Shown: piece by piece, positions 27,731 to 36,411 of the stretch | How positions within the stretch are numbered: position 1 is the first letter of the stretch | Layout: the number at the start of each line of letters is the position of its first letter | Source: Candidatus Binatia bacterium | GTDB taxonomy: Bacteria; Desulfobacterota; Binatia; UBA9968 | Assembly (NCBI GenBank): GCA_036407055.1 | Contig: DASWZY010000128.1 | Coordinates: 1 to 59,070 of the forward strand | Direction of reading: 5' to 3' | Length of the DNA stretch: 59,070 nt | The notes under the pieces: generated by a model | Databases searched by the model: none | What the model was told of the DNA's origin: nothing | Seen by the model: the letters and a program-made list of their open reading frames with translations, nothing else | Made by a program: the position numbers and the translations under genes

Positions 27731-29461
27731 ATGACTAACCCGATGAGAGACTCCACGCAAGTCATTGCTGCCGCACGCCGTCGCCCTTTTAAAATCGCGG
27801 CCGTCGGCCCTATCGTCGCCTGGCTCCGCAGCTACGGAAGAATTGCTGCGCTCTATATTGCCGCGACATTCTTCACCGGCGCCATCTCCATGGGCGATAC
27901 CGACCATTACGCCGAATTCATCAGGACTTCCCAGGTGTGGGATTTCGGCCACCTGTTGTGGATTGTGCTCGCGTGGAGCGTATCGAGAACGCTGCAGCCG
28001 TTCACCAGTTTTACGCCGCTCAACAATGCGATTTTCACGATGATGACACTTAGCTGGCTGGCGGGACTGCTGAGCGTGCTTTTGCTCTACGACAGCACGC
28101 GCCGAATCGCCAAACAGAGCTGGGTGCCTGAATTCGTGGCCATCGGTTTGATCTTCAGCCACGCTTTTCTCAATTACGCGCAAACCGGGTGTTCGTATGT
28201 CCCAGGCCTGTCGATGGCGCTGCTGGGTCTTTGGCTTCTTATTCGAGAAGAGGACATAGCCGAGCACTCGAGAGCGAGCGGCATCGGCGCAGGCTTTGCG
28301 TTCGCCGCGGCAGTAGGCTTTTGGGTGCCTTACATCTTCGCCATGCCGGGTCTAACGGTCTCTACGATGATTCTCTTCGGCGTAAGCCGCTGGCGGTTGT
28401 TCCAGTTCGCCCGCGTAGTGTTGTCTTTCGGGATATTTTGCTTAACCCTGTACGGCGGCGCCTGCATGCTTCATGGAATCTACGATCTTGAAGGATTCAG
28501 ACAATGGGCGATCGCCCCCGGAATGATGACCCAGATCAGCGGCTTTAATCGGATGGTTTTTGGCTTCGCGAGGTCCTTCTTCAACATGGCAACGGATGGC
28601 GTGCTTTATAAACGGTATCTGCTTCACGACCCCTACAATCCGGTTTCTTTTCTCGAATTGCTCCGCCTCAGCCTGGGGAAGCTTCTTTTCTTCTACGCGG
28701 CGTTCGGCGTTTGGATTTTCGCGCTATTCACCTCTCGCGCCGGCAGGCGATTCACGGAGCTTTTCATCGCTTGCGCCGTTCCCGTCATGCTCTTCGCGTA
28801 CAGCTGGCAGGGGGGCGATACGGAACGGTACTTTCCGCTGTATCCAGCGATCTTCTTAATGCTGACCTATGCTGTGTCGGAAGGACGGCTGATCGTCTGG
28901 AGTCGTGTTCTCGCGGCTATATGGGTGTTCGGCATGATGTATACCAACGGCGCCGCGTTGTCGAATACGAAAATACGCGCCGTCCACGACCGGTCGATCG
29001 CCAGGATCAAAGACCTCCAGCCTTTGTGGAAACCGCACAGTCGAATCGCGACCGTGTTGATCCAAGACGATGTATTCCGTTTTGCATCCGACTATCCATT
29101 CGATCCCTTAAGCACGACGGGCATGTTGGCGTACGACTCCGAGCTCCGACTTCCCGCGGCGATCGACATCATCGATCGAGGCAGCGCCGACACACCGAAA
29201 TGGCGGGAAAAGTTCGCGCAGCTGACGCTCCAGGCCTGGTCTGTCGAAGGCGATCTGTGGGTAAGCAAGCGCGTTTTTAACGACCGTCCGCCGCGTGCCG
29301 AAACGCACTGGGTCGAAGGAGACGATCCACGCGTCACGTGGCGCGACGTCTACGAATACTTTTTGCAATTCGACTACGGCCGAGCCGTAGGCGGAAATGA
29401 CGGCTTCGTTCTTCTCGCCAGGTCTCCGAAAAACAAGCGTTTGCTCGACGGCCTCGACTAA
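27731..29461 (+). CDS. Polytopic membrane protein of unassigned family (GT-C-like topology), tandem copy B
   Basis: Same architecture as copy A. Shared strings: AWLRSYG, FGHLLW, HDPYNPVS, ERY.PLYPA.F, W.SKR, WVEGDD.R.TWRD.Y.YF..F.YG.A.GG.DGFVLL. Confidence 0.6.
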   Translation: MTNPMRDSTQVIAAARRRPFKIAAVGPIVAWLRSYGRIAALYIAATFFTGAISMGDTDHYAEFIRTSQVWDFGHLLWIVLAWSVSRTLQPFTSFTPLNNAIFTMMTLSWLAGLLSVLLLYDSTRRIAKQSWVPEFVAIGLIFSHAFLNYAQTGCSYVPGLSMALLGLWLLIREEDIAEHSRASGIGAGFAFAAAVGFWVPYIFAMPGLTVSTMILFGVSRWRLFQFARVVLSFGIFCLTLYGGACMLHGIYDLEGFRQWAIAPGMMTQISGFNRMVFGFARSFFNMATDGVLYKRYLLHDPYNPVSFLELLRLSLGKLLFFYAAFGVWIFALFTSRAGRRFTELFIACAVPVMLFAYSWQGGDTERYFPLYPAIFLMLTYAVSEGRLIVWSRVLAAIWVFGMMYTNGAALSNTKIRAVHDRSIARIKDLQPLWKPHSRIATVLIQDDVFRFASDYPFDPLSTTGMLAYDSELRLPAAIDIIDRGSADTPKWREKFAQLTLQAWSVEGDLWVSKRVFNDRPPRAETHWVEGDDPRVTWRDVYEYFLQFDYGRAVGGNDGFVLLARSPKNKRLLDGLD

Positions 29462-29523
29462 GTCCGGAAGTCTTAAATCCGGAAACTCGCCAGTCGTACT
29501 CTCCGCGTCTGTAAGGAGCGCTC

Positions 29524-31431
29524 ATGTGCGGCATCGCCGGTAGCCTTAATTTGAATCCGTCTTTGCGCGTCGACGAGGCGCGAATCAAACGCATGCGCGA
29601 CGTTTTGCGCCACCGCGGTCCCGATGGCGCCGGTTTGTGGATCGACGGATCGGTCGGCCTCGGCCATCGCCGGCTCTCGATCGTAGACCTCGCCGGCGGC
29701 CGCCAGCCGATGGCGAACGAGGACGAGTCGGTGTGGATCACCTACAACGGTGAAATTTACAACCACGCTGCGCTGCGCCCGGTTCTCGAAGCGGCCGGAC
29801 ACATCTACCGCACGCGGAGCGATACCGAGACGATTCTCCATCTCTATGAAGAAGAAGGCGAGCGCTGCCTGGAAAAGCTTCAGGGGATGTTCGCTTTCGC
29901 GATCTGGGACAAAAGGCAGAGCCGGCTGCTGCTCGCACGCGACCGGCTCGGCATCAAGCCGCTGTATTACGCGATTACCGATACGGAAATCGTTTTCGCG
30001 TCGGAGATCAAGGCGATCCTCGCCTCGGGCGCGCTTCGCCCGGAATTCAACGAAGCCGTGCTGCCGGAATTTCTGGCGAATCGATTCGTCGCGGGCGACG
30101 AAACTTTCTTCCGCGGCATCCACAAGCTCATGCCCGGGCGGATACTTTCATGGTCAGCGGCGACCGGTGTCCAGCTGCGGCGCTATTGGAAATTGCCGGC
30201 AGCGGACGAGCGGAGCGACATTTCTCTTGAAGAAGCGGCAAACGATGTGCGCGAGCGGCTTTCGGCTGTGGTTCGAAGCCATCTCATGAGCGATGTGCCG
30301 CTGGGGCTTTTTCTTTCCGGCGGGCTCGATTCGAGCGCGATCGCAGCGCTCATGGCGCCGATGGTCCGCGAGCCGATCCGGTCTTTCTCGGTCGGCTTCG
30401 CCGAAGCCGAAGCGAACGAGCTCGGGTACGCGCGTCTGGTCGCGCGCGCCGTCGGCGCCGAACATCGCGAGATCGTGCTCCGTCCGGATGAATTTTTCTC
30501 GGCCCTGCCGAATCTCATCTGGCACGAGGACGAGCCGATCGCGCATCCGTCTAGCGTGCCGCTCCACTTTGTCTCGCGCCTGGCGCGGCAGCATGTGAAA
30601 GTCGTGCTCACAGGCGAAGGCTCCGACGAGCTGTTTCTCGGTTATCCGTGGTACCGCGCCACGGTTTGGAACGAGCGCCTCGGGCGAATGTATTTTCCCT
30701 TCATGCCCGAGAAGCTCCGCTTGCGGGCCAAAGCTATGGCGCGGCGATTGCCGCGGCGTCTCAGGCGGTATACCGAACGGAGCTTTCTCGCCCTCGATCC
30801 CGGCCCGCGCGGCCTTTTCTACGAGAATTTCGCAGTCTTTTCCGACCGCCAGCGCGCCGTCATCCTCGCGGACCGCGAGCTCGCCGGAAGCGATCCTTAC
30901 ATCGAGTGTCTCCGCCGCTACGACGAAGGCGAGGGCGACACGCTGGCGCGCATGAGCGCGGCCGACTTACAGACCTATCTCGTCGAGCTGTTGATGAAAC
31001 AGGATCAGATGAGCATGGCGGCCTCGATCGAGAGCCGCGTGCCGTTCCTCGATCATGCATTGGTCGAGCATGTCGTGCGGCTGCCGAGTCGTTTGAAGGT
31101 GCGCGGCCTGACGACCAAAGCGGTTCTCCGCGAAGCCGTCAAGGATATTGTCCCGAAGGAGATCCTCACGCGCGGCAAGATGGGCTTTCCTGTCCCCATG
31201 GGAAAATGGCTTCGCGGCGCGTTCGCGCCGCTCGTCGACGAGTTCGTCCTGAGCCCGCGCGCGCGCGAGCGCGGGATTTTCAATCGCGCGGCCGTCGAGC
31301 GCCTAGCGGAGGAGCATCGGACCGGCGCACGTCCGCACGGCGACCGGCTGTGGCTATTGATCAATCTCGAAATGTGGCAGCGGATTTTCCTCGACGGCGA
31401 AGACCGCAGCGTCGTTCTTCGCGCGGCATGA
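29524..31431 (+). CDS. Asparagine-synthase-like glutamine amidotransferase (copy 2)
   Basis: MCGIAG start, PP-loop FLSGGLDSSAIAA. Alignable along its full length with copy 1. Confidence 0.9.
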   Translation: MCGIAGSLNLNPSLRVDEARIKRMRDVLRHRGPDGAGLWIDGSVGLGHRRLSIVDLAGGRQPMANEDESVWITYNGEIYNHAALRPVLEAAGHIYRTRSDTETILHLYEEEGERCLEKLQGMFAFAIWDKRQSRLLLARDRLGIKPLYYAITDTEIVFASEIKAILASGALRPEFNEAVLPEFLANRFVAGDETFFRGIHKLMPGRILSWSAATGVQLRRYWKLPAADERSDISLEEAANDVRERLSAVVRSHLMSDVPLGLFLSGGLDSSAIAALMAPMVREPIRSFSVGFAEAEANELGYARLVARAVGAEHREIVLRPDEFFSALPNLIWHEDEPIAHPSSVPLHFVSRLARQHVKVVLTGEGSDELFLGYPWYRATVWNERLGRMYFPFMPEKLRLRAKAMARRLPRRLRRYTERSFLALDPGPRGLFYENFAVFSDRQRAVILADRELAGSDPYIECLRRYDEGEGDTLARMSAADLQTYLVELLMKQDQMSMAASIESRVPFLDHALVEHVVRLPSRLKVRGLTTKAVLREAVKDIVPKEILTRGKMGFPVPMGKWLRGAFAPLVDEFVLSPRARERGIFNRAAVERLAEEHRTGARPHGDRLWLLINLEMWQRIFLDGEDRSVVLRAA

Positions 31432-32636
31432 CCATGCGCGTACTGTGGCTCAATGTCGGCGGTCTGTGGCCGCTCAACACCGGCGGCAGGCAGCGGAGTT
31501 TTCATATCATCTCCGAGCTGTCGCTCCGCCATCGCCTGACGGTCCTCACCACCGAAGGCGCCGGCGACGATCACGCGGCGCTGGCCGCGCAGCTGCCACG
31601 GTGCGACGTAATCTCCGTGCCTTACGCGCTGCCCAAGCGCGGCAGCGCGGCGTTCGGGCTGGCACTGTTGCGCTCATGGGTCTCGGAGCTGCCGGTGACG
31701 CTCTGGAAGTGGCGCATTCCGGCGCTGCAGAGAGAAGCCGGGCGGATGCTAACGCCTGAGCGCATCGACCTTTGCGTCGTCGATTTTCTCTACGCCGCGC
31801 CCAACCTGCCGCGCGACGTCGCGGTTCCGACCGTGTTGTTCGAGCACAACGCCGAATACCTTATCTGGAAACGATTGTACGAAGCCGAGCAGCGCCCCTT
31901 CCGGCGCGCATTGTTGGAGATCGAGTGGAAAAAACTCCGGCGCGCCGAAGCCGCGGCTTGCGCGAAAGCGGCGATGACGCTCGCGGTATCGGAAAACGAC
32001 CGGGCCGCGCTGCTCGAAGCTGCGCCTCGCGCGCGCGTGCGCGCGATTCCGACGGGCGTCGATACCTCATATTTTCACCCGAACGGCACGCGCCACTCCG
32101 CCGCTAAGCTCGTCTTCAGCGGATCGATGGATTGGTATCCGAACGAGGAAGCGATGCTCTATTTCATCGACTCGGTGCTGCCGCTGATCCGCCGTGCGAT
32201 TCCCGAAGCGTCGCTGACGGTGGTCGGGCGCAATCCGAGCGCGCGGCTCCGCGCCGCGGCGAACGGCGCGGTCCACGTAACCGGCACGGTCGAGGACGTG
32301 CGGCCTTACATCGACGAGGCGGCCGTTTACGTCGTGCCGCTCCGCATCGGCGGCGGCACGCGCATCAAGATATTCGAAGCGCTGGCGATGGGAAAAGCTG
32401 TGGTATCGACGCGGATCGGCGCCGAAGGACTGCCGTTGAGCCCGGGCGAGCATTTCGTCGAGGCCGAGGGGCCCGAGGAATTCGCCCGCGCCGTGGTCGA
32501 GCTCATTCGCCGACCGGAGCGGCGCCGTGCCATCGAGCAAGCAGGACGGAAACTGGTCGAAGAGCGCTACTCGTGGAATCGGGCGGCGCGAGAATTTGAA
32601 CTACACTGCGAGGAGGTCATCAACGATGCGGGTTAG
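31428..32636 (+). CDS. GT4 (GT-B) glycosyltransferase, 'stp1'-like
   Basis: MTMRVLWLNVGGLWPLNTGGRQRSFHIISELS N-terminus. FEALAMGKAVVSTRIGAEGL. ATGA overlap with the AsnB-2 stop. The track's 30648 start lies inside AsnB-2. Confidence 0.85.
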   Translation: MTMRVLWLNVGGLWPLNTGGRQRSFHIISELSLRHRLTVLTTEGAGDDHAALAAQLPRCDVISVPYALPKRGSAAFGLALLRSWVSELPVTLWKWRIPALQREAGRMLTPERIDLCVVDFLYAAPNLPRDVAVPTVLFEHNAEYLIWKRLYEAEQRPFRRALLEIEWKKLRRAEAAACAKAAMTLAVSENDRAALLEAAPRARVRAIPTGVDTSYFHPNGTRHSAAKLVFSGSMDWYPNEEAMLYFIDSVLPLIRRAIPEASLTVVGRNPSARLRAAANGAVHVTGTVEDVRPYIDEAAVYVVPLRIGGGTRIKIFEALAMGKAVVSTRIGAEGLPLSPGEHFVEAEGPEEFARAVVELIRRPERRRAIEQAGRKLVEERYSWNRAAREFELHCEEVINDAG

Positions 32637-33939
32637 CGTATTTGGGCTGGGTTATGTGGGATGCGTCACGGCCGCGTGCCTGGCGAAGGCCGGCCACCAG
32701 GTTATCGGCGTCGATATCACTCCGGAAAAAGTCGTGATGCTGAACGACGCGGTGCCGCCGGTCGTGGAGCCGGGCCTCGGAGAGGTCCTGGCGGAAGTCG
32801 TATGGGATAAACGTCTGCGCGCCATTTCCTCCACGGAAAACGCCGTGAAGGAGACCGAGCTCGCGCTCGTCTGCGTCGGAACGCCGAGCCGCTCCAACGG
32901 GCGGCTGGACATCAATGCCGTCGAGCGCGTCGCGCACGAGATCGGCGCGGCGCTCGCTGCGCGCTCCGATCCGTTCACCGTCGTGCTGCGGAGCACCGTG
33001 CTCCCCGGCACGACAGAGCAGACTTTTATTCCCGCGCTGCTGAGCGGCGCCGGACGAGGACTCGATTCCTCGCTGCGCGTTGCCGTGAACCCGGAATTCA
33101 TGCGCGAAGGAAGCGCGCTCAAGGATTTCGCCCATCCGCCGTTCACTCTCGCCGGCACGGGCGACGAGGAGACGGTCGAGCAGCTGCGCGACCTTTATGC
33201 CAGCCTTGAGTCGCCATTTGTTCCGACCACGATCCGAACCGCCGAGATGCTGAAATACGTTTCCAACACGTTTCACGCGCTCAAGATCGCCTTCGCGAAC
33301 GAGATTGGCGACGTCTGCGCCGCCTTCGGCGTCGACCCGCAGGAGCTCATGCGTATTTTTATGATGGATCGCAAGCTCAACATCTCGGAAATGTATCTCC
33401 GTCCGGGCTTTGCCTTCGGCGGCTCCTGCCTGCCGAAAGATTTGCGCGCGCTCATCTACGCGGCGCGGTCGGCGGATGTCGCCGTGCCGCTGCTGTCCTC
33501 GATTCTTCCGTCCAACGACGGCCAGATCCGCGAGCAGGTCGACGCCATCTTGAAAACGCGGAAGCGTAAGGTCGGCATCGTCGGCCTTTCCTTCAAGCCT
33601 GCAACCGACGATCTGCGCGAAAGTCCCATGGTGACTCTGGCGGAGGCGTTGATCGGAAAAGGCTGCGATGTCCGCATCCTCGACCGAAATGTCTCGCTCG
33701 CCCGGTTGATGGGCGCGAACCGGCGCTACATTGAGGAGGAAATACCGCACATCTCCTCGCTCATGTGCGAAAACGTCGAAGACCTGCTGGCGCACGCCGA
33801 GGTCATCGTTATCGGCAACGCCGACGCGGAGGCGGCGGCGACGCTGGATGCCGCGACGCCGGGGCACCTCGTCATCGACCTTACACGCGGCATGGTGCGC
33901 AAGAAGAAGCTCGAGCGGCGATTCGAAACGGCCGCGTAA
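32626..33939 (+). CDS. Nucleotide-sugar 6-dehydrogenase, closest by eye to GDP-mannose 6-dehydrogenase (AlgD-like)
   Basis: MRVSVFGLGYVGCVTAACLAKAGHQVIGVD, VCVGTPS, NPEFMREGSALKDF, RPGFAFGGSCLPKDLRAL, LSFKPATDDLRESP. As I recall it, these align almost residue for residue with P. aeruginosa AlgD. GAGGAGG SD upstream of ATG 32626. Confidence 0.8.
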   Translation: MRVSVFGLGYVGCVTAACLAKAGHQVIGVDITPEKVVMLNDAVPPVVEPGLGEVLAEVVWDKRLRAISSTENAVKETELALVCVGTPSRSNGRLDINAVERVAHEIGAALAARSDPFTVVLRSTVLPGTTEQTFIPALLSGAGRGLDSSLRVAVNPEFMREGSALKDFAHPPFTLAGTGDEETVEQLRDLYASLESPFVPTTIRTAEMLKYVSNTFHALKIAFANEIGDVCAAFGVDPQELMRIFMMDRKLNISEMYLRPGFAFGGSCLPKDLRALIYAARSADVAVPLLSSILPSNDGQIREQVDAILKTRKRKVGIVGLSFKPATDDLRESPMVTLAEALIGKGCDVRILDRNVSLARLMGANRRYIEEEIPHISSLMCENVEDLLAHAEVIVIGNADAEAAATLDAATPGHLVIDLTRGMVRKKKLERRFETAA

Positions 33940-33967
33940 GAATATTTTCAAGGAGGATGAACGAGCC

Positions 33968-35161
33968 TTGTTGAATATCAATGTCCAACAGTATTGCGGT
34001 GAAAAGGCTCTGCGCGTCACGGCGCTCCAACTCCGCACCGCCGGACTTTTGTCCACGGCGTTCCCGGGCATGGATCCTGAATTTCTCGCCGAAGGCTTTG
34101 AAGGGCAGAACCCGGGTGCAATGGTTGCCTGCCGCGAGAGCGTGCCCTTGGCGTACATGACCTATGCGGTGCGGTTAAAGCATTTCCGTGCGGCGATCGG
34201 GCCATTATCATTCGGGCACTTGCCCGTAAAACAGCTCAGGATCTTCGGCGTTATCGGCTCTCCGCCCGAAAGCGTCATCGACGAGTTCTTGCGGCAGCTC
34301 CTGGTTCAAAAGGAATGGGACGTCGCAGAAATGGTCGAATTAGCGCCCCATGATCCTCTTGCGGTGCGTCTAGCTTCCTTACGTCTGCCACGCGGCTTTC
34401 GGATCATCCGTAAAGAGGTGCCCACGGTTCAGGTAAAACTCGACGACACATTCGAAGATTACCTACACAACCGCTTTCATAAGAAGGCCCGGTACAATCT
34501 CAAGCGCGAGGTTCGGCTGCTCGAAGAAGCTGCGCCCGGACAAGTCCAGATGAAGATCTACCGCTCTCCGGAAGACGCGGCGCCCTTCCTCCGGGACGCG
34601 GAAAACATCGCCCGCAGGAGCTATCAATGGAAAATGGGGATGACTACCGTGCATATGACGCCGGAAAATGTGCAACGAATGTCGTACATCGCGCGCGGCG
34701 GGAAGCTGCGCAGCTACATCTTATATATTCGTGGCGTCCCGGCCGCTTACTGCTATGCGTCGATTCGCCACGGCGAATTGGCTTACCAAACCGTCGGGTA
34801 CGACCCACAATTCGCCAAGCTCAATCCAGGCAAGGTGCTTCTGTTTAAAATTTTGGAAGATCTTCACAAGAACCGGGTTGTGGGTGCGCTCGATTTCGGC
34901 CGGGGCATAACCGACTACAAGCTTCTATTCGCAAACGCCGAGCGACCGTTGATCGATCTTAGTCTCTTTCCGCAGAACTCCTATTCCCAATTTCTTTGGC
35001 TGCTGGCGACCGCTACGGACGAAGGATACCGCCGATTGCGCCCGATCGTTCGTCAGTGGATGCCTTGGATTAAGCGGAAAGTCCAGAAAACGCTCGGCCT
35101 GCTGCTCCCCGGCCTAGTCGAGGAGCATGAAATCCTTCTTAACTTGACGGCACTGAATTAA
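33968..35161 (+). CDS. FemAB/CelD-like GNAT acyltransferase (copy 2)
   Basis: KKARYNLKREVRLLEEA, NPGKVLLFKILEDL, ALDFGRGITDYKLLFAN. Start is uncertain: TTG 33968 lies 11 nt after AAGGAGG. The first in-frame ATGs are further downstream. Confidence 0.65.
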   Translation: MLNINVQQYCGEKALRVTALQLRTAGLLSTAFPGMDPEFLAEGFEGQNPGAMVACRESVPLAYMTYAVRLKHFRAAIGPLSFGHLPVKQLRIFGVIGSPPESVIDEFLRQLLVQKEWDVAEMVELAPHDPLAVRLASLRLPRGFRIIRKEVPTVQVKLDDTFEDYLHNRFHKKARYNLKREVRLLEEAAPGQVQMKIYRSPEDAAPFLRDAENIARRSYQWKMGMTTVHMTPENVQRMSYIARGGKLRSYILYIRGVPAAYCYASIRHGELAYQTVGYDPQFAKLNPGKVLLFKILEDLHKNRVVGALDFGRGITDYKLLFANAERPLIDLSLFPQNSYSQFLWLLATATDEGYRRLRPIVRQWMPWIKRKVQKTLGLLLPGLVEEHEILLNLTALN

Positions 35162-35196
35162 AACTATGGCGACATGGGATTGCCGCCCGAGATTTT

Positions 35197-36411
35197 ATGG
35201 CAATAGACATCGTACAGATTTTTGATTGTTTAACGCTGCTGTCCTTCGGACTGATATTCTACACTTATGCAGGATATCCCGGACTTCTGTGGATGTTGAG
35301 TAAGCTGGCGGGTAAACCCGAGCAGTCTTCGAGCGCACCACCGCAGTGGCCGGCGGTTAGCATCCTCATTTCCGCATACAACGAAGAACGCGCGATCCGC
35401 GCACGCATCGAGAATCTCTTGCAGCTCGACTACCCGAAGGACCGAATCGAGATTCTCGTCGGCTCGGACGGTTGCACCGACCGCACCGCTGCGATCGTTG
35501 CGTCTTATCCCGGCATTCGCCTGCTCGACTTCGCTCAGAGACGCGGCAAGGCCAGCGTCCTCAACGATCTCGTAGCGGCGGCGCGTAACGAGATCGTGGT
35601 TTTGACGGATGCCAACACGTACTTTCGCGCCGACGCGGTGCGGGAACTCGTGCAGGCACTTTGGCGCTATCCTTTCGGATCGGTCGTCGTCGGCCGACTC
35701 GAGCTCAGGTCGTCGGCCGATAAAGGAAACCTCGACGGCGCCTATTGGCGGTATGAGACGTGGATCAAGACGCTCGAGTCGCGGTTCGGCAGCCTGTTGG
35801 GCGCGAACGGCGCCATCTACGCATTCCGCCGCGACCGTTACAGACGCGTTCCGGCAGAGGCGATCGTCGACGATTTCCTCATTCCCATGCTTATGCGGCG
35901 CGATTGCGGCGATCGGACTTTCTTCGTCCCCGCGGCGCGCGCATGGGAGGAGTCGCCCGAGGAGGTCAAGCACGAGTTTCGCCGCCGGGTCAGGATCGGC
36001 GCCGGCGATTTCCAAGCCTTGAAATGGACATGGTCTCTGCTGTTGCCGACGTATGGGATGACCGCGCTGATCTATTTCTCTCACAAGGTGCTGCGCTGGC
36101 TGGGACCGTGGTTCCTGTTGGCGGGATTGATCGGCACGGTAACGCTGCTCGACGAGCCGCTGTTTCAGTTTTTGCTCGTGGGACAGGTTATTTTTTATGC
36201 CCTGGCCGTCGCGGGCACGACTCTCAGGCCTTTGCCGGCCATCGGCGGTTTGGCCGTGGCGGCGCGCTATTTCGTGATCCTTAACGCGGGGCTATTTCTT
36301 GGTCTCGTGCGGCTGAGCCTTGGCGCGGCGCGGCCGACATGGGCGACCGCGCCGCGCAAGACCCTGGACATGGAGGGCCGACGCTTACACGCTAAGGCGT
36401 CCGTGAAATGA
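35197..36411 (+). CDS. Integral-membrane GT2 glycosyltransferase (synthase-like, TM helices at both ends)
   Basis: VSILISAYNEE, LVGSDGCTDRT, VLTDANTYF, FRRRVRIGAG (QxxRW-like position), N-terminal and C-terminal TM helices. Confidence 0.8.
   Translation: MAIDIVQIFDCLTLLSFGLIFYTYAGYPGLLWMLSKLAGKPEQSSSAPPQWPAVSILISAYNEERAIRARIENLLQLDYPKDRIEILVGSDGCTDRTAAIVASYPGIRLLDFAQRRGKASVLNDLVAAARNEIVVLTDANTYFRADAVRELVQALWRYPFGSVVVGRLELRSSADKGNLDGAYWRYETWIKTLESRFGSLLGANGAIYAFRRDRYRRVPAEAIVDDFLIPMLMRRDCGDRTFFVPAARAWEESPEEVKHEFRRRVRIGAGDFQALKWTWSLLLPTYGMTALIYFSHKVLRWLGPWFLLAGLIGTVTLLDEPLFQFLLVGQVIFYALAVAGTTLRPLPAIGGLAVAARYFVILNAGLFLGLVRLSLGAARPTWATAPRKTLDMEGRRLHAKASVK

Noticed and set aside
30648-31427. 260-codon N-terminal extension of the stp1-like GT4 ORF
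   Set aside because: The extension lies inside the AsnB-2 coding region in another frame and is Arg/Pro-rich. The family-typical N-terminus begins at ATG 31428, which overlaps the AsnB-2 stop. The same reasoning applies to 16231-16494, 14723-14986, 7703-7858, 6714-6806, 21847-21897, 32527-32625 and 33731-33967.
33957-33974. ATG directly after a strong AAGGAGG, giving only MNEPC-stop
   Set aside because: There is zero spacing between SD and ATG, and the ORF is five codons long. The SD more plausibly serves the in-frame TTG at 33968 of the FemAB-like gene. A sequencing frameshift cannot be excluded.
32620-34158. 512-aa minus-strand ORF, the longest unassigned ORF in the track
   Set aside because: It is antisense to the AlgD-like dehydrogenase, whose plus-strand translation is motif-perfect. 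It has Arg-rich low-information composition.
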